62,332 nucleotides of DNA, filler included, from 9 parts of 9 records of this genome joined end to end with filler, not necessarily neighbours in it, one strand, 5' to 3'. Positions 30,279-43,055 are shown, counted from the first letter of the whole stretch. The notes: generated from the letters alone by a model not told the origin. Translations and numbers: made by a program.

Positions 30279-31604
30279 TTGTCTTCAAAAACGGATAAGG
30301 GCGATAGCAAAAAGCCCACAGCCTCCATTCCCACTTTAGGATGTAAAGTTAACCAGTTTGAGTCCGCGGCCATGACCCGGCTGTTAAATGAAGCGGGTTA
30401 CGATATAGTTCCGCCCGGGCGGGCCGCTGATTTAACGGTTATAAACTCTTGTACTGTAACCCATAAGGCGGACCTTGAAGTCAAAGCCCTGATACGGAGG
30501 GCGATTCGATTGAATCCGGACGGCCGTATAGTTGTTACTGGTTGTCTGGCGCAATCGCGACCTGAAGAAATATCGTCATTGCCTGGCGTAGACCTGGTTT
30601 TGGGCAACAATTTCAAGTTCGGGTTGATGGAGTATCTCGGATCTTCAAAGCCGGGCGATGTTCATGTGTCGCCTCCAGGCAGAAACCCGCTGAATGAACG
30701 GTATTTCCCTGAATTTGAAAGAACCAGGTCTTTTTTCCGTATCCAGGATGGTTGCTCCGCTGCCTGTTCTTACTGCGCCATTCCCCGGGCCAGGGGGCCG
30801 AGCCGCAGCCTGCCTCGGGAAATAGTTGAAGAAGGATTCGAATACTATGAGGCCGCCGGTTACGAAGAGATCGTATTGACCGGCATACATCTTGGCGCCT
30901 GGGGGCTTGATTTGAAGCCGCCGTCAGACTTTACATCACTCATAAGATATTTGATCGAACGCGAGTCAGCCATGCGCATACGGCTCAGCTCCATAGAGCC
31001 GAACGAGGTTACTGATGAGCTTGCCCAAATGGCCGGTTTTTCTTCACGACTTTGCCCTTATTTTCATCTGGCCCTGCAAAGTGGTTCGGACAAGATTCTG
31101 TCGGCCATGCGTCGTCCTTATACGACCGGGTTATTCGAAAACCTGGTTCATAAGCTTATCGCCCATGATGAATTCATGTGCATCGGGGCGGACGTTCTGG
31201 TGGGATTCCCGGGAGAAGACGAAGACGCCTTCATGGAGACAAGGGATTTACTGGCCAGGCTTCCCTTGTCGTATTTTCACGTATTCCCGTTTTCAAAAAG
31301 GCCCCGCACACCGGCTTTCCACCTGCCGGATCAGACAACGGAAGAAGAAAAGAAAAAAAGGACGGCGGAACTGAGAAAAATCGGTCAGGAAAAGAGATCC
31401 GCCTTTATTGAAAAGAATCTTGGGCAGGTTCGTCAGACGCTGATTGAAAACACCAAGGACAAGGCTACCGGATTCAGCCGAGGCTTGACCGACAATTACA
31501 TTACCGTGCTGTTGCCGGATTCCGATCCGCCGCCAGCCCGCATTGTTCCGGTCAGGGTGGTCGAACCGGCGGGCGGGGCCAGGGCGATTGGCAAAGCGGT
31601 TTGA
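30279..31604 (+). CDS. mtaB: tRNA t6A37 methylthiotransferase (radical SAM)
   Basis: [41 protein letters not shown]. Confidence 0.9.
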   Translation: MSSKTDKGDSKKPTASIPTLGCKVNQFESAAMTRLLNEAGYDIVPPGRAADLTVINSCTVTHKADLEVKALIRRAIRLNPDGRIVVTGCLAQSRPEEISSLPGVDLVLGNNFKFGLMEYLGSSKPGDVHVSPPGRNPLNERYFPEFERTRSFFRIQDGCSAACSYCAIPRARGPSRSLPREIVEEGFEYYEAAGYEEIVLTGIHLGAWGLDLKPPSDFTSLIRYLIERESAMRIRLSSIEPNEVTDELAQMAGFSSRLCPYFHLALQSGSDKILSAMRRPYTTGLFENLVHKLIAHDEFMCIGADVLVGFPGEDEDAFMETRDLLARLPLSYFHVFPFSKRPRTPAFHLPDQTTEEEKKKRTAELRKIGQEKRSAFIEKNLGQVRQTLIENTKDKATGFSRGLTDNYITVLLPDSDPPPARIVPVRVVEPAGGARAIGKAV

Positions 31605-31623
31605 AAAGAGGCCGGGGAATATA

Positions 31624-31951
31624 ATGAAGAAGAAACTTTATCTGTCTGAAAATAACGGCGGGCTGGTCTGGGGCGAGCTTATCGCTGGAACTCTGGAGCG
31701 AAGGTACAAAAGGTTTCTGGCCGATGTCCGCTTGAATGACGGCAGCATGGTAACCGCACATTGTCCCAATACGGGCAGCATGAAGGCCTGTTCGGAACCC
31801 GACCGGCCGGTGCTGCTTTCCAGGCATGACGATCCGAAGCGCAAACTGAAATTTACCTGGGAACTGATAGAAATGCCGGAATCCCTGGTGGGCGTGAACA
31901 CGGCCGTGCCCAATAAACTGGTCAAAGCCGCAATACTGGCCGGCAGGATTC
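31624..31951 (+). CDS. sfsA: SfsA family nuclease, partial
   Basis: [28 protein letters not shown]. Confidence 0.9.
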
Positions 31952-32051
31952 NNNNNNNNNNNNNNNNNNNNNNNNNNNNNNNNNNNNNNNNNNNNTTAAT
32001 TAATTAANNNNNNNNNNNNNNNNNNNNNNNNNNNNNNNNNNNNNNNNNNNN

Positions 32052-32453
32052 AATTCGCAGTTCTTCGTTCTCGCGTCGCAACCGCATCGCCTCGATCGCC
32101 CGCTCAACCGCCAAAACCAAGCGATCGGCAGTAAACGGTTTTTCGATGAAGTCGTAAGCGCCATCCTTGATCGCGGCAACGGCAGATTCGATGGAGCCGT
32201 GCCCGCTCATGATGACAACAGGTACGTAGGGATGGTTCTGACGAACGACTTTCAGAATATCCAACCCGTCGAGTTCACTTCCCTGCAACCAGATATCAAG
32301 CAGCATAAGGCTCGGCTGGCGGGATTCGACGCTTAGAAGCGCTCCGGTGCTTTCGCTTGCCTGACGTGTCTGGAAACCCTCGTCTTCGAGGATTCCTGCG
32401 GTCAGCATACGAATATCCGCTTCGTCGTCGACTATCAGAATATCATGGGCCAT
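32052..32453 (-). CDS. ntrX: Response regulator NtrX, partial
   Basis: [30 protein letters not shown]; follows ntrY. Confidence 0.9.
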
Positions 32454-34746
32454 GAACGGCGATATCCGCTAAAGCGTCCTCGGATTTTTGTGCGTCGGTA
32501 TCATCTTTGATGCTTGTCTCGCCATTTTCAATTTCTCCAACCATGGCTGGATTAAAAACCAGTGACACCTTTGCACCGATAGGGTCTCTGTCTTCAAGCA
32601 GCAAATCCCCATTATGGTCTTCCATGATTTTCTTAACGATGGCAAGGCCTAGTCCCGTCCCTTTTCCTCGGGTTGTCACATAGGGTTCAGCCAGGCGTTC
32701 GCGCTGTTCCTTAGGCAAGCCAGCACCGTTGTCCTCGACGACAATGACGGTGCGCGGTTGTTCCGTTTCTCCCAAGGCATCGCTAAGCAAATACAGCCTG
32801 ACCCGGCCAGATTCGCCGTTATCGTCAGCTTGCAAACGGCGTTCGACCGACTCGGCGGCATTCTTCAGCACATTGACCAGCGCCCGGCCGACTTGGCGAC
32901 CGTCGCAATGCATGGGAACCTTATCGTTTGGGAGATCGACTTCGAATGTAACGTCAGGATGGCGCACCTGTTCGAGAAATATCGTTTGACGACATATCTC
33001 GACTAAATTTTCGGCCTTCTTCGACGGTTGCGGCATTCGCGCGAACGAGGAGAAATCATCGACCATGCGGCCAATATCCTCGACCTGGCGGACGATCGTC
33101 TCGGTACAAAGCGCAAAAGTCTCCGGATCGCTGACAACCTCTTTTGCATATTTGCGACGCAAGCGTTCCGCCGACAGTTGAATGGGGGTCAACGGATTCT
33201 TGATTTCATGGGCGATGCGCCGTGCAATGTCGGCCCAGGCGGCGGTACGCTGCGCTGACAAAAGGTCTGTTATGTCGTCAAAGGTAATGACATACCCGAC
33301 AATTTCGCCTTCGACCCGTTCAGCCGCAACCCGCACCAAAAGCGTGCGAACACGGCGCAGTCGGACAAGGCGAACTTCCCGTTGATGCAATCTGCTTGGC
33401 CGAAGCCTCGCTTCTTCCAACAATTCCGAAATTTCCGGGAAAATCTGAGGAAGTGGATCACCAACGGCACTATTGAGATCGGCTTCCAACAGTTCGGATG
33501 CCGACTTGTTCGGCAGCGTTATATTCTGTTCACCATCCAAACCGATGACCCCAGCCGTAATCCCGGCTAGGACCGTCTCGGTGAATTGACGGCGTTCATC
33601 CAACTCTCGGTTGGCCCCGATCAACCCCTGTTGCTGGCTTTCCAGTTGTTCTGCCATACGATTGAAGGCACGGCTAAGATTCCCCATTTCATCAGCGACA
33701 GGACTGGTCACAACACGGGCGCTCAAATCACCTGCGCGGATTTTTTCGGAAGCCGAAATCAAGCGACTGATTGGTCCGGCAAGGTAAGTTGCCAAATTCA
33801 ATCCAATCCAGACAGCAGCCAACAACAGCAACAACGCAACGACAACGAATATCAGAACAAAGCTGATTTGAATGGAATCCCGGTGTTTTTCGAGGAGCCG
33901 GTACTGGGAAACAGCACCCTCGGTTCGCTCGGTTTGCTCGATTACTTCGGGATCAACAAATCGCCCAACCAGCAAATAGGTATCGATAAACCGATCGAGC
34001 TTAAGTAACGCCCGGACGCGGTCGTCTTTCTCGCCAGTGAGAACGACCACCTCTCCTGCCGCTGCTTTCGCGAAAGCATCCGGAGGTATTGTGTCAAATT
34101 CGATGGAAAAATTTAGCCGGGAATGGACAACAACCCTGCCCTCTCCGTCTAAAATGGCCGCCTCCGGCAGAGATCGGAGAGCCGCCTGTGTCGATAGCAC
34201 ATTGGTGAAGCGCTGCTGACTGCGCATAAGTGCCGCAGCATTTCGGTTCAGGTCATTCGCCATTGCCGAAACTTCCGAGACAATACTATGCTTGTGCTCT
34301 TTCAAATAAGCCTCGGCAACGGCTTGTGACGCATCAAGTGCTGTTCGGACTCGATCGCTGAACCAACCTTCCAATCCGAAATTTAGGAACAACCCGGCAA
34401 ATACGGCGACCAAAACCGCCGGGGTCACCGCCACAAGACCGAACAAGACAACCAGTCTTGCATGCAGCCCGGACCCAGCCAATCCACGCCGCCGCTCGGC
34501 CCAAAGTCGCGCTAAGCGCCAAGCGATAATTGCCCCCAGCGGAAGGGCAAACAGAATATCTAGATAAAGCAGAGTAAGAACGGTCCGTGGAGCAATATTT
34601 GGCGCCGTCATTGCCGCCAGGGTCCCCAAACCACACGCGACGGCAACCACCGCCAAACCCAAAGCAAGTCGTTTGGCAACGGATGTCCGACGTCCCCAAA
34701 GCCGCACCGCCGCAACGGCTCGGCGTGGTGTGCGCACCGCGTTCAT
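32443..34746 (-). CDS. ntrY: Sensor kinase NtrY
   Basis: TM helices, [35 protein letters not shown]. Confidence 0.92.
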   Translation of the reverse strand: MNAVRTPRRAVAAVRLWGRRTSVAKRLALGLAVVAVACGLGTLAAMTAPNIAPRTVLTLLYLDILFALPLGAIIAWRLARLWAERRRGLAGSGLHARLVVLFGLVAVTPAVLVAVFAGLFLNFGLEGWFSDRVRTALDASQAVAEAYLKEHKHSIVSEVSAMANDLNRNAAALMRSQQRFTNVLSTQAALRSLPEAAILDGEGRVVVHSRLNFSIEFDTIPPDAFAKAAAGEVVVLTGEKDDRVRALLKLDRFIDTYLLVGRFVDPEVIEQTERTEGAVSQYRLLEKHRDSIQISFVLIFVVVALLLLLAAVWIGLNLATYLAGPISRLISASEKIRAGDLSARVVTSPVADEMGNLSRAFNRMAEQLESQQQGLIGANRELDERRQFTETVLAGITAGVIGLDGEQNITLPNKSASELLEADLNSAVGDPLPQIFPEISELLEEARLRPSRLHQREVRLVRLRRVRTLLVRVAAERVEGEIVGYVITFDDITDLLSAQRTAAWADIARRIAHEIKNPLTPIQLSAERLRRKYAKEVVSDPETFALCTETIVRQVEDIGRMVDDFSSFARMPQPSKKAENLVEICRQTIFLEQVRHPDVTFEVDLPNDKVPMHCDGRQVGRALVNVLKNAAESVERRLQADDNGESGRVRLYLLSDALGETEQPRTVIVVEDNGAGLPKEQRERLAEPYVTTRGKGTGLGLAIVKKIMEDHNGDLLLEDRDPIGAKVSLVFNPAMVGEIENGETSIKDDTDAQKSEDALADIAVHGP

Positions 34747-36173
34747 TTTCCTCCCCGAACGACCGGGATATTCAGATCGCGAATTTTTTTGCGCAACGTA
34801 TTGCGGTTCAGTCCCAAAACCCGCGCAGCTTTAATTTGGTTGCCACGCGTTGCCTGCAATGTCAGTGCAATCAAGGGACGTTCCATTTCATGCAGAACAC
34901 GGTCATACAACCCAGGCGTCGGCAACGCATCGCCCAACGCATTAAAATAATTTCTAAGATGGTTCTCGATCGACTGCGACAGCCCGTTTCCTTCGGGTTC
35001 CACCGGAACAGACGCATCCGACAATTCAGCCTCAACAACCTCGACGCCGATCACCTCTTGAGAATATAGGGCGGCCAAACGGCGGATGAGATTTTCCAGT
35101 TCACGCACATTTCCGGGCCACCGATATTGCATGAGCCGATCCATGGCCGTCTGATCTATCACCTTCAGCGGTAATCCTTCAGAAGCCGCTCGTGACAGGA
35201 AATGACGAACCAGTTCAGGAATATCCTCGGTACGCTCGCGCAGCGGCGGTAGGCGCATGGGCGCCACATTCAGCCGGAAGTATAGATCCTCGCGAAATAA
35301 CGCCTGGCGAATGAGTTGTCGTAGATCACGGTGCGTCGCAGCAACTATTCGAACATTCGCCTTCAATGAACGACGTCCGCCAACGGTGGTATATTCCCCT
35401 TCCTGCAAAACACGTAAAAGCCGGGTTTGCGCTTCGGGCGGCATATCGCCGATTTCGTCCAGAAAGAGAGTACCGCCTTCTGCCTGTTCGAAACGGCCGA
35501 CACTTCGTTGGACAGCCCCCGTGAATGCGCCTTTTTCGTACCCGAAAAGCTCGCTTTCAATCAATTCTCGGGGTATCGCCGCCATGTTCAGTGCAACGAA
35601 GGGGCCCTTGCGCCATTTCCCGAAATCATGCAAGGCACGGGCGACCAGTTCCTTACCGGTTCCCGATTCGCCGACGATCATTACCGTCAGGTCCGTATTC
35701 ATGAGCCGGGCCAACGTGCGATATACGTCCTGCATTGCAGGCGACCGCCCGATCATCGGCAATGCTTCTTCGGGAACACCTTCGGGGTCGTTATTGGTAG
35801 TCCGCGGCGTCTCCAGCCCTCGCTTGACCGTGTTGACCATTTCATTCAGGTCGAAGGGTTTCGGCAGATATTCGAAGGCACCACGCTCAGCGGCTTTTAC
35901 CGCCGTCAGAACAGTGCTGTGGGCGCTCATGACGATTATGCGAAGATCCGGCCTGATTTTTCGCATGCGCGGCAATAGGTCGAGTCCGTTTTCGTCGGGC
36001 ATGACAACATCGGTGATTACCAAATCGCCTTCGCCATCGTTTACCCAACGCCAGAGGGTGGCCGCATTTCCCGTAGCCCGCACGTTAAATCCAGCCCGTC
36101 CCAATGCATGGTTTAGGACGGTACGAATTGCCTGATCGTCGTCAGCCACGAGGATAGTCGGGGATGCGTTCAT
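34743..36173 (-). CDS. ntrC: Nitrogen regulation protein NtrC
   Basis: Receiver domain, [15 protein letters not shown]-terminal [23 protein letters not shown]. Confidence 0.95.
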   Translation of the reverse strand: MNASPTILVADDDQAIRTVLNHALGRAGFNVRATGNAATLWRWVNDGEGDLVITDVVMPDENGLDLLPRMRKIRPDLRIIVMSAHSTVLTAVKAAERGAFEYLPKPFDLNEMVNTVKRGLETPRTTNNDPEGVPEEALPMIGRSPAMQDVYRTLARLMNTDLTVMIVGESGTGKELVARALHDFGKWRKGPFVALNMAAIPRELIESELFGYEKGAFTGAVQRSVGRFEQAEGGTLFLDEIGDMPPEAQTRLLRVLQEGEYTTVGGRRSLKANVRIVAATHRDLRQLIRQALFREDLYFRLNVAPMRLPPLRERTEDIPELVRHFLSRAASEGLPLKVIDQTAMDRLMQYRWPGNVRELENLIRRLAALYSQEVIGVEVVEAELSDASVPVEPEGNGLSQSIENHLRNYFNALGDALPTPGLYDRVLHEMERPLIALTLQATRGNQIKAARVLGLNRNTLRKKIRDLNIPVVRGGK

Positions 36174-37309
36174 ATTGAAACTCCAGGCGCGCTCTCCGAC
36201 GATATTTTAACCATAGGCAACATGACGCGAACGATGGTTCGGCCATTCTCGCTGTTGATCTCAATGGTTCCACCGTGATCGTCGATGATCTTGGCAACCA
36301 ATGCGAGGCCAAGGCCGCTCCCCTTCGGTTTGGTCGTCACGAAGGGATCAAAGATGTGAGACCGCACATCTTCAGGTACGCCGCTGCCGTTATCCTCGAC
36401 CGAGACCAGAAGCGGCAGGTGCTCGCGGGTCTTGCGCCCGGGAAGGGCGAAACGCATTCCTGGACGAAAGGCGGTTCGAATAATGATTTCGCCGCCCTTG
36501 TCCGGAATCGCCTCAACAGCATTTTTCACGAGATTGAGAAACACCTGAACCAGTTGGTCACGATCACCAAGAACTTCAGGCAAGGATGGATCATAGTGTT
36601 CGATAATACGTACATGTCGGCCAAATCCATTCTCGGCAAGCTGCCGGACCCGGCTAAGAACTTCGTGAATGTTCACAGCTTCGCGCCGCAAGGGGCCTTG
36701 ATCCGCGAAGACCTCCATCCGGTCCAGGAGTGCGACGATGCGGTCTACCTCGCCCCTGATCAACTGGGTTAGGGACCGATCGGACACATCCAGCGTCTGT
36801 TCCAACAACTGGGCCGCGCCGCGTATCCCGGAAAGCGGGTTTTTCACTTCGTGAGCTAGCATATGTGCCATCGCAGTAACTGATCGGGCAGCACCTCGAT
36901 GCGATAGCTGTTTGTCGATCTTGTCGGCAATGGAACGCTGCTGAAGGCCGACAACCACATGGCCGGGAGCTTCCATAAGCGGCCGCGCTTGTACGTTAAC
37001 GAGATAGCGGCCCAACTTCGGCGAATTGAGATCAATCCCATATTCGAATACCGCATTTCCATCTTTTCGGGTTTGTTCGATAAGGGCAAAAAGCGGACTG
37101 TCTTCGGGGATTAAATCGGACATCTTCTGACCGTGGAGATGAGACAAGCTTCCGTGAAAGAATTGCTGGCCGGCATAATTGACCCAGACTATTTGATCTT
37201 CCGAATCAACAACCGCAACCGCCAAAGGAAGCGTATTGAGAATGGCCCCGGTATCAACGGCCAAGGTTCCGATATCATGATTTTTCAGGGCGATGACTTT
37301 CTTTCCCAT
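36170..37309 (-). CDS. ntrB: Nitrogen regulation kinase NtrB
   Basis: [33 protein letters not shown]. Confidence 0.93.
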   Translation of the reverse strand: MGKKVIALKNHDIGTLAVDTGAILNTLPLAVAVVDSEDQIVWVNYAGQQFFHGSLSHLHGQKMSDLIPEDSPLFALIEQTRKDGNAVFEYGIDLNSPKLGRYLVNVQARPLMEAPGHVVVGLQQRSIADKIDKQLSHRGAARSVTAMAHMLAHEVKNPLSGIRGAAQLLEQTLDVSDRSLTQLIRGEVDRIVALLDRMEVFADQGPLRREAVNIHEVLSRVRQLAENGFGRHVRIIEHYDPSLPEVLGDRDQLVQVFLNLVKNAVEAIPDKGGEIIIRTAFRPGMRFALPGRKTREHLPLLVSVEDNGSGVPEDVRSHIFDPFVTTKPKGSGLGLALVAKIIDDHGGTIEINSENGRTIVRVMLPMVKISSESAPGVSI

Positions 37310-37310
37310 G

Positions 37311-38297
37311 TCAGGCGGCCATGCGTTCGATAAGGGGCGTGTATAGATCGGCGATCAGGGTTTGAACCGATGCGTCGTCGGTCGCTTGATTGACTTTTGC
37401 CCTGAATTCCGCGGAACCAGGAAGGCCCTTGCTATACCAACCGAGATGTTTGCGTGCCACACGCCGCCCCGGTTCAGGGCCGTAAAAATCGAGCATGTCC
37501 CGGTAATGCTCCAATAGCGTCGACAATTGTTCACTGGGCGATGGCTCGGGGAGTCTTTCACCCGTTCGGATATAGTGACGAACCTGATTGGGGAACCACG
37601 GCCGTCCATAACTGCCACGCCCGATCATAATTCCGTCCGCCCCTGAATCGGCAAGCATCTTTACGGCATCGTCGATTGTGGTGATATCGCCATTGCCGAT
37701 GACCGGGATGGAAACAGCCTGTTTCACTTCGCCGATAAATTTCCAATCGGAATGGCCGTGATAGAATTGACACCGCGTGCGACCATGAACGGCAACCCAC
37801 TGAATGCCACTATTCTCAGCGATGCGGGCCAATCTCGGTGCGTTGCGGTTTTCTTCATTCCAACCCGTACGCATTTTCAGGGTAACAGGGATATCGACCG
37901 CCTCGACCACAGCATGCAGTATTCTTCCGGCCAAAACTTCATCCCGCATCAAAGCCGAACCAGCGTCTCCCTTGACGACTTTCTTGACCGGACACCCCAT
38001 ATTGATGTCGATCATCGTCGCCCCCCGATCGGCATTGAGCTTGGCTGCTTCCGCCATGATGTCAGGTTCGCACCCGGCGAGTTGCACCGCCATCGGGTAT
38101 TCTTCGGCACAACTCGTCGACATCTTGAGCGTCTTGCGAGCTGCCATAACCATGGCTTTGCTGGCAATCATTTCGGACACAACGAGATCAACGCCGCACC
38201 GTTTGACGAGGCGGCGGAACGGCAAGTCGGTCACCCCGGACATGGGAGCAAGGATCACCGGCTTGTTGAATTCAAGCGGGCCAATATGAATGGTCAT
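37311..38297 (-). CDS. dusB: tRNA-dihydrouridine synthase B (NifR3)
   Basis: [27 protein letters not shown]. Confidence 0.93.
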   Translation of the reverse strand: MTIHIGPLEFNKPVILAPMSGVTDLPFRRLVKRCGVDLVVSEMIASKAMVMAARKTLKMSTSCAEEYPMAVQLAGCEPDIMAEAAKLNADRGATMIDINMGCPVKKVVKGDAGSALMRDEVLAGRILHAVVEAVDIPVTLKMRTGWNEENRNAPRLARIAENSGIQWVAVHGRTRCQFYHGHSDWKFIGEVKQAVSIPVIGNGDITTIDDAVKMLADSGADGIMIGRGSYGRPWFPNQVRHYIRTGERLPEPSPSEQLSTLLEHYRDMLDFYGPEPGRRVARKHLGWYSKGLPGSAEFRAKVNQATDDASVQTLIADLYTPLIERMAA

Positions 38298-38316
38298 GGC
38301 AACTCAACCGTTAGGG

Positions 38317-38333
38317 TGCCTATTTATTGGGCA
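38317..38333. promoter_or_regulatory. Putative NtrC-type binding site upstream of dusB-ntrBC
   Basis: 17-bp TGCCTATTTATTGGGCA (TGC-N11-GCA, AT-rich core). Confidence 0.55.
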
Positions 38334-38410
38334 TCGACACTCGAATTGCAACAAGAAGGCACGACATTCAGGCAATTAGACAATGCAAGGAATTGAACCT
38401 GCGATCCTGA

Positions 38411-39208
38411 CTATCCAAGTAGCACGTCCGTGACGAACTTTACGCCGGGATATCCGAGCGTCAAAAGCAGGTACGCGATAAGAACAAGGCGCGCCGCAGA
38501 TCGCCCGCGCACCCCACTGATACGATGAGCCAGCAATAAGCCGCCAATTACCACAAAAGCGGCAATTGCCAACACAGTTTTATGTTCAAGCTCAAATAAT
38601 GTCTCCGACTCGGATAACTGAATTGCCATCCCGGTCAATAATCCGATGGCCAGAACGACTTCGGCAAGTCCGAGCAAGCGCAAGACCAGATTTTCACAGT
38701 CCGCCACCGGCGGTAATCGCCGAGTCCATATCAACGCCCTCTTTTCCTTGAGCGCTTTTTCTTGAAGAAAGGCAGCCAATGCCGCGATGGCGGCAACCGT
38801 AACCAAGGCGTAGGTGGCAATGGAAACCAGAATATGCGTATGAACCCAGGCAGTCGCCGCGCCGGTAGCAAAAGGCGCCTGTTCTGGTTGCGGCCAAAGC
38901 GTAGCCAAAACCGCGAGAATAAGAAGATACGGCGCAAATAGCCCAAGCAACCGCCAAGCCCGCGACGAAAATACGGCCACCAGAGAAAACACACCGATGC
39001 TTGCGGCAATTGTGATCCAAAGGGAAGTGGCAAAACCAGCCCGCCACGAACCGCCGGTTTGTGCCAATACCCAGGCCAAGGGCCCTGCGAGCGCAACCGC
39101 CAGAACAAGCCAGAAAACGTGGTCGCGGCCGTTGTCACGCCGCATCCCGACGACACAGGCCGGAACCAGCGAAATCAAGGCCGACAAGCTGAACAACATG
39201 CTCTGCAT
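38411..39208 (-). CDS. Cytochrome c assembly family membrane protein (CcsA/YpjD-like)
   Basis: Multi-TM; HILVS, LQEKALK, LPP, HKTVL, LAY-type C-terminus LGYPGVKFV. Confidence 0.8.
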   Translation of the reverse strand: MQSMLFSLSALISLVPACVVGMRRDNGRDHVFWLVLAVALAGPLAWVLAQTGGSWRAGFATSLWITIAASIGVFSLVAVFSSRAWRLLGLFAPYLLILAVLATLWPQPEQAPFATGAATAWVHTHILVSIATYALVTVAAIAALAAFLQEKALKEKRALIWTRRLPPVADCENLVLRLLGLAEVVLAIGLLTGMAIQLSESETLFELEHKTVLAIAAFVVIGGLLLAHRISGVRGRSAARLVLIAYLLLTLGYPGVKFVTDVLLG

Positions 39209-39357
39209 TCACGTTCCTCTCGCGCCATTTCGGTAAGGGGCCGCGTGGACGACCCACAATCGCGCCGGTCGGGTCGATTGGCAAGCCTCTTGGCAATCAC
39301 CCGTGTCGTGACTAATGTCGCGACCGAAATACCATTGTTGGAATATGCGAAGCTGTT

Positions 39358-40506
39358 GTGATCGGTTGCATTGCCCTTATCGTCGCTGCCGGACGGGGAA
39401 CCCGCTTCGGGTCGGACCTGCCAAAACAATATCAGCGTCTTGCTGGCCGATCAGTATTGCGCCATTCGCTGGAACGTTTTGTCAATCATCCGCAAATTGA
39501 CGGCGTTCGTACCGTCATCCATTCTGGCGATCGGGAACACTACGACAAAGCGGCAGCCGGCCTGGATTTACTTGATCCGGTTGGCGGCGGACAGACTCGT
39601 CAGGATTCGGTCCGAAAAGGACTCGAAAGCTTGGTCGGCCTCAGTCCGAAAACCGTACTAATCCACGATGCCGCCCGTCCTTTTGTTGACGATGCTCTCA
39701 TTAGTCGCGTGATTTCGGCTCTGGACACTCAATCGGGGGCAATTCCCGCAGTTGAGGTGGCCGATACGCTGAAACGCGGCAAGGATGGCTTGATCACGGC
39801 AACGATAGATCGTTCGGGTTTATGGCGGGCGCAAACGCCGCAGGGATTTGTATTCGATGCTATTCTGGAGGCGCATCGAAAACATGCCGGCGACAACCTG
39901 ACCGACGATGCTGCCCTGATGGAAATTGCGGGCCTTGGCGTAACCCTAGTCGACGGCAGCGAGGAAAATACCAAAGTGACGACCGAGCAGGACCTTATGC
40001 GTGCCGAAAACGTTTTGGCCGCCGTGGAATTCCGGACCGGCAGCGGGTTTGATGTGCACCGGTTCGGCGAAGGTGATCGAGTGACAATCTGCGGGGTCCA
40101 TCTCGCTCACAATGCGGGTCTGAGTGGACATTCCGATGCCGATGTCGGCTTGCACGCGTTGACTGACGCGCTATTCGGTGCCATCGCCGACGGAGATATC
40201 GGTAGTCACTTTCCGCCAAGCGATGCGCAGTGGGAAAACGCCGATTCAGCAATTTTCCTCAAGAAAGCGGTCGATAAGATCGCCATCCGTGGCGGGAAAA
40301 TCATTAATGTCGATGTGACCATCATATGCGAACGTCCGAAAATCGGACCGCACCGTGGCGCCATGCAGACACGCCTTGCCGAGATCCTGGACATCGAAAC
40401 AAATCGCATCAGCATCAAGGCAACAACCACCGAACGGCTCGGATTTACGGGACGCGGTGAAGGAATTGCGGCACAAGCTTCGGCAACGATTCGCTTGCCC
40501 GGCTAG
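39358..40506 (+). CDS. ispDF: Bifunctional IspD/IspF
   Basis: AAGRGTRFG, RQDSV, IHDAARP, AQTPQ; GFDVH, HSDADV, KATTTE. Confidence 0.95.
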   Translation: MIGCIALIVAAGRGTRFGSDLPKQYQRLAGRSVLRHSLERFVNHPQIDGVRTVIHSGDREHYDKAAAGLDLLDPVGGGQTRQDSVRKGLESLVGLSPKTVLIHDAARPFVDDALISRVISALDTQSGAIPAVEVADTLKRGKDGLITATIDRSGLWRAQTPQGFVFDAILEAHRKHAGDNLTDDAALMEIAGLGVTLVDGSEENTKVTTEQDLMRAENVLAAVEFRTGSGFDVHRFGEGDRVTICGVHLAHNAGLSGHSDADVGLHALTDALFGAIADGDIGSHFPPSDAQWENADSAIFLKKAVDKIAIRGGKIINVDVTIICERPKIGPHRGAMQTRLAEILDIETNRISIKATTTERLGFTGRGEGIAAQASATIRLPG

Positions 40507-40703
40507 ACCACCCGACACAACTGAACCAGAACAGGCGTTCCGGAATTGGCCCGTATTCGGGATTTCCCGCATACATGCCCGAGCCGAACCGGAATACACT
40601 CGACGCACAACTTCGCGCCTTCGGCCAATCAATGGGCGGCCGAACACGGTTGGGATGCGCCAACCGAATAAGCAACACCATTCAGAGAGTTCGTATCCCT
40701 GCC

Positions 40704-41630
40704 GTGAGCCAGTTTTCGTTTGACCAAGTCGACGTACTCATCGTTGACCAAGACTTATTAAACCTTGAAGGAATCCGCATGATATTGCGGAACAACCGTT
40801 TCGGCCGCGTGCAAACGGGCGGAAATCTCGCCGACATAAAGAAGCGTATCGAACACACCTCACCGGATCTACTGATTGCTAGTGCCGATCTTCCCGACGG
40901 ACAGCTGTCGTCGCTTGTACACGACATCCGTCACCACAGAATCGGAACCGATCCGTTTTTACCCGTGATCGCCGTGGCTGGTATTCCGGACGAAAGCCTG
41001 GTTCGCCGGATTGCCGATTCAGGTGTCGACGACTTGTTAATCAAACCTTTGTCCACGTTGCAGCTTCTCGATCGCGTCGAAACACTTGTGAAACAACGCA
41101 AACCCTTCGTCGTAACCTGCGACTATATCGGTCCCGACCGCCGAAAATCGGATAGCCGGCCAACCACCGTGCCAAAACTCGACGTACCGAATTCGTTGAA
41201 AGTCAAAGCAACGGGCGGCTCCAGTGCAAAACTACATAAAGAAATCCGGGCCATGATCGACGAAATAAACGAACAAAAGCTGGATAGACACGTCAACCAA
41301 ATCAGTTGGCTGGCCGACGCTTTATCAACCGAATTCTCAAGTCACGGGCGATCTATGATTTTTTTTGAACATCTCGATCGCATGACATTTGTCGCCGAGG
41401 ATGCGACGCGGCGCATCGTCGGAACACGGCATTCACATATTTCGGATCTTTGCGATTCCCTGATTTCGGTTGTTGTCCGCATCAAGGATTCGGCCGGCCA
41501 GATATCCGGCGGCCTCGACGCCGTTGAGCGGGACTTGAAACTCCTGCATCCACTCGGTGAAGCCATAAAGGCCGGGTTTACCGTCGGCGTTGAAACAACC
41601 GCCCATAAAATTGCTGACACTGTTAGGTGA
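40704..41630 (+). CDS. Atypical response regulator (receiver plus helical output)
   Basis: VLIVDQD, GVDDLLIKP, RKPFVVTCDYIGPDRR; GTG start inferred. Confidence 0.75.
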   Translation: MSQFSFDQVDVLIVDQDLLNLEGIRMILRNNRFGRVQTGGNLADIKKRIEHTSPDLLIASADLPDGQLSSLVHDIRHHRIGTDPFLPVIAVAGIPDESLVRRIADSGVDDLLIKPLSTLQLLDRVETLVKQRKPFVVTCDYIGPDRRKSDSRPTTVPKLDVPNSLKVKATGGSSAKLHKEIRAMIDEINEQKLDRHVNQISWLADALSTEFSSHGRSMIFFEHLDRMTFVAEDATRRIVGTRHSHISDLCDSLISVVVRIKDSAGQISGGLDAVERDLKLLHPLGEAIKAGFTVGVETTAHKIADTVR

Positions 41631-41652
41631 TAATTTATTTAATATCATTTGG

Positions 41653-41967
41653 TTATAAAGTTTCTTTATCAATCCAATTCAAGAATTCCTTGTGCCCATC
41701 GGTTATAGGGATGGCGATTACACAGGGACAATCGTAGCGATGCATGCGTTTGATTTCCGCCATCGCAGATTCAATCAAATCCTGCCGCGTTTTCAAGATC
41801 AGAACGACCTCATGTTCTTCCTTGATTACTCCTTCCCAACGGTAAATCGCTGTCGTACCCGCATGCACGTTGGCACAGGCTGCCAGTTTTAATTCAACCA
41901 AGGCCCGGCCAATCTCCTTTGCCTCGTCAACGGTTTCGGCGGTTACGTAAAGTAATGTCGCGGCCAT
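41653..41967 (-). CDS. cutA: Divalent cation tolerance protein CutA
   Basis: LAACAN, YRWEG, LKT, HRYDCP. Confidence 0.92.
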   Translation of the reverse strand: MAATLLYVTAETVDEAKEIGRALVELKLAACANVHAGTTAIYRWEGVIKEEHEVVLILKTRQDLIESAMAEIKRMHRYDCPCVIAIPITDGHKEFLNWIDKETL

Positions 41968-42134
41968 GCCCCCACCCCTTCCACAACTGCCGCGCAGGCA
42001 GGCTTAACCTGACGAAAGTCCGTTATCGTTTATCGTACCATATCTGCGTCACCACCCGTGGCGACTTGACCGCAAAGGCTTAAAAAAACTACTTTGGAAC
42101 TGCAAAAAAGAACCGTTTTCCTGGGGATGGGATC

Positions 42135-42419
42135 TTGAGCGCGGAAATCGATAACCCGGCCAATGCTGACACCGGTACAACCGGACGAAAGCTAAAACCA
42201 ACCTCTTCGCAACGCGGATGGTTGCGTCGCGGTCTCGAGCAACCGGGCGGCAAGCTTCCGCTATTTGACCAAACGGGACAGAGAGTCAACGAAAGAACGA
42301 TTCGAAGCTGCATCGAAAAAGGTTGGGCCGAACCCTGGTTCGCCAACCCATTGAAACCGGATTGGCTTGTTTGCAAACTGACCAATTCGGGCCGCGCGCT
42401 ATTCTCATCTGGAAAGTAG
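42135..42419 (+). CDS. Hypothetical protein
   Basis: QPGGKLPLFD...CIEKGWAEPWFANPLKPDWLVCKLT; compact protein-like ORF. Confidence 0.65.
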   Translation: MSAEIDNPANADTGTTGRKLKPTSSQRGWLRRGLEQPGGKLPLFDQTGQRVNERTIRSCIEKGWAEPWFANPLKPDWLVCKLTNSGRALFSSGK

Positions 42420-42481
42420 CCACGCCCTATCCCAGAGGCCGTTTTCGCAGACCGAATGATTTCCTGATCAGGGGAACCTGA

Positions 42482-42835
42482 TTACTTCAAATCGTCAACG
42501 TCGACATAGCCTTTTTCAATGGCCTCGCGAAGAGCCTCAAATGCGTTCTTGGCCTCCTGGAACATTTCCCGCCGGTTTCGCAGTTCGTTGATTTCGGCTT
42601 GGTCCGGTGGATCGCCATCTTCATTAATGCCCATTTTAAAGGCGGCCTCCAGATACCGTGCCCGGAGTCGCCCCACCGCGACGGCAAACGACAGGATTGT
42701 TTCCTTGCTAAGCGAAGGTATCCGTTGGTGAATGATTTCACGGTTGGCAAATCGAATACCTTGCTCGACCTCACCGAGAAATCTTTTTTGCACCATCAGT
42801 TGCTGATACTCGTCCTGCGTCTCTACCATCATCAA
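42482..42835 (-). CDS. Hypothetical protein
   Basis: 117 aa helical ORF with RBS; ends FEALREAIEKGYVDV. Confidence 0.65.
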   Translation of the reverse strand: MMMVETQDEYQQLMVQKRFLGEVEQGIRFANREIIHQRIPSLSKETILSFAVAVGRLRARYLEAAFKMGINEDGDPPDQAEINELRNRREMFQEAKNAFEALREAIEKGYVDVDDLK

Positions 42836-43055
42836 GTCCCTTGAAGTAATTCTTCCACCTGAAAGTCACGATAATACACGCCAAATAAGATCGCCTATCA
42901 ACACAAAACAGGCAATAGCGCTGTGACATTGCTACCTTAGTGACAACGGGAAGAAAAAAATATGATCAGAGAAAATCTCTGGCATTCCTTGCGCTTTGCT
43001 ACCATCAATAAAAGCCTTGCGTGTTTTGGCGCTGCCTTGTTTGAGGTCCGACAAC

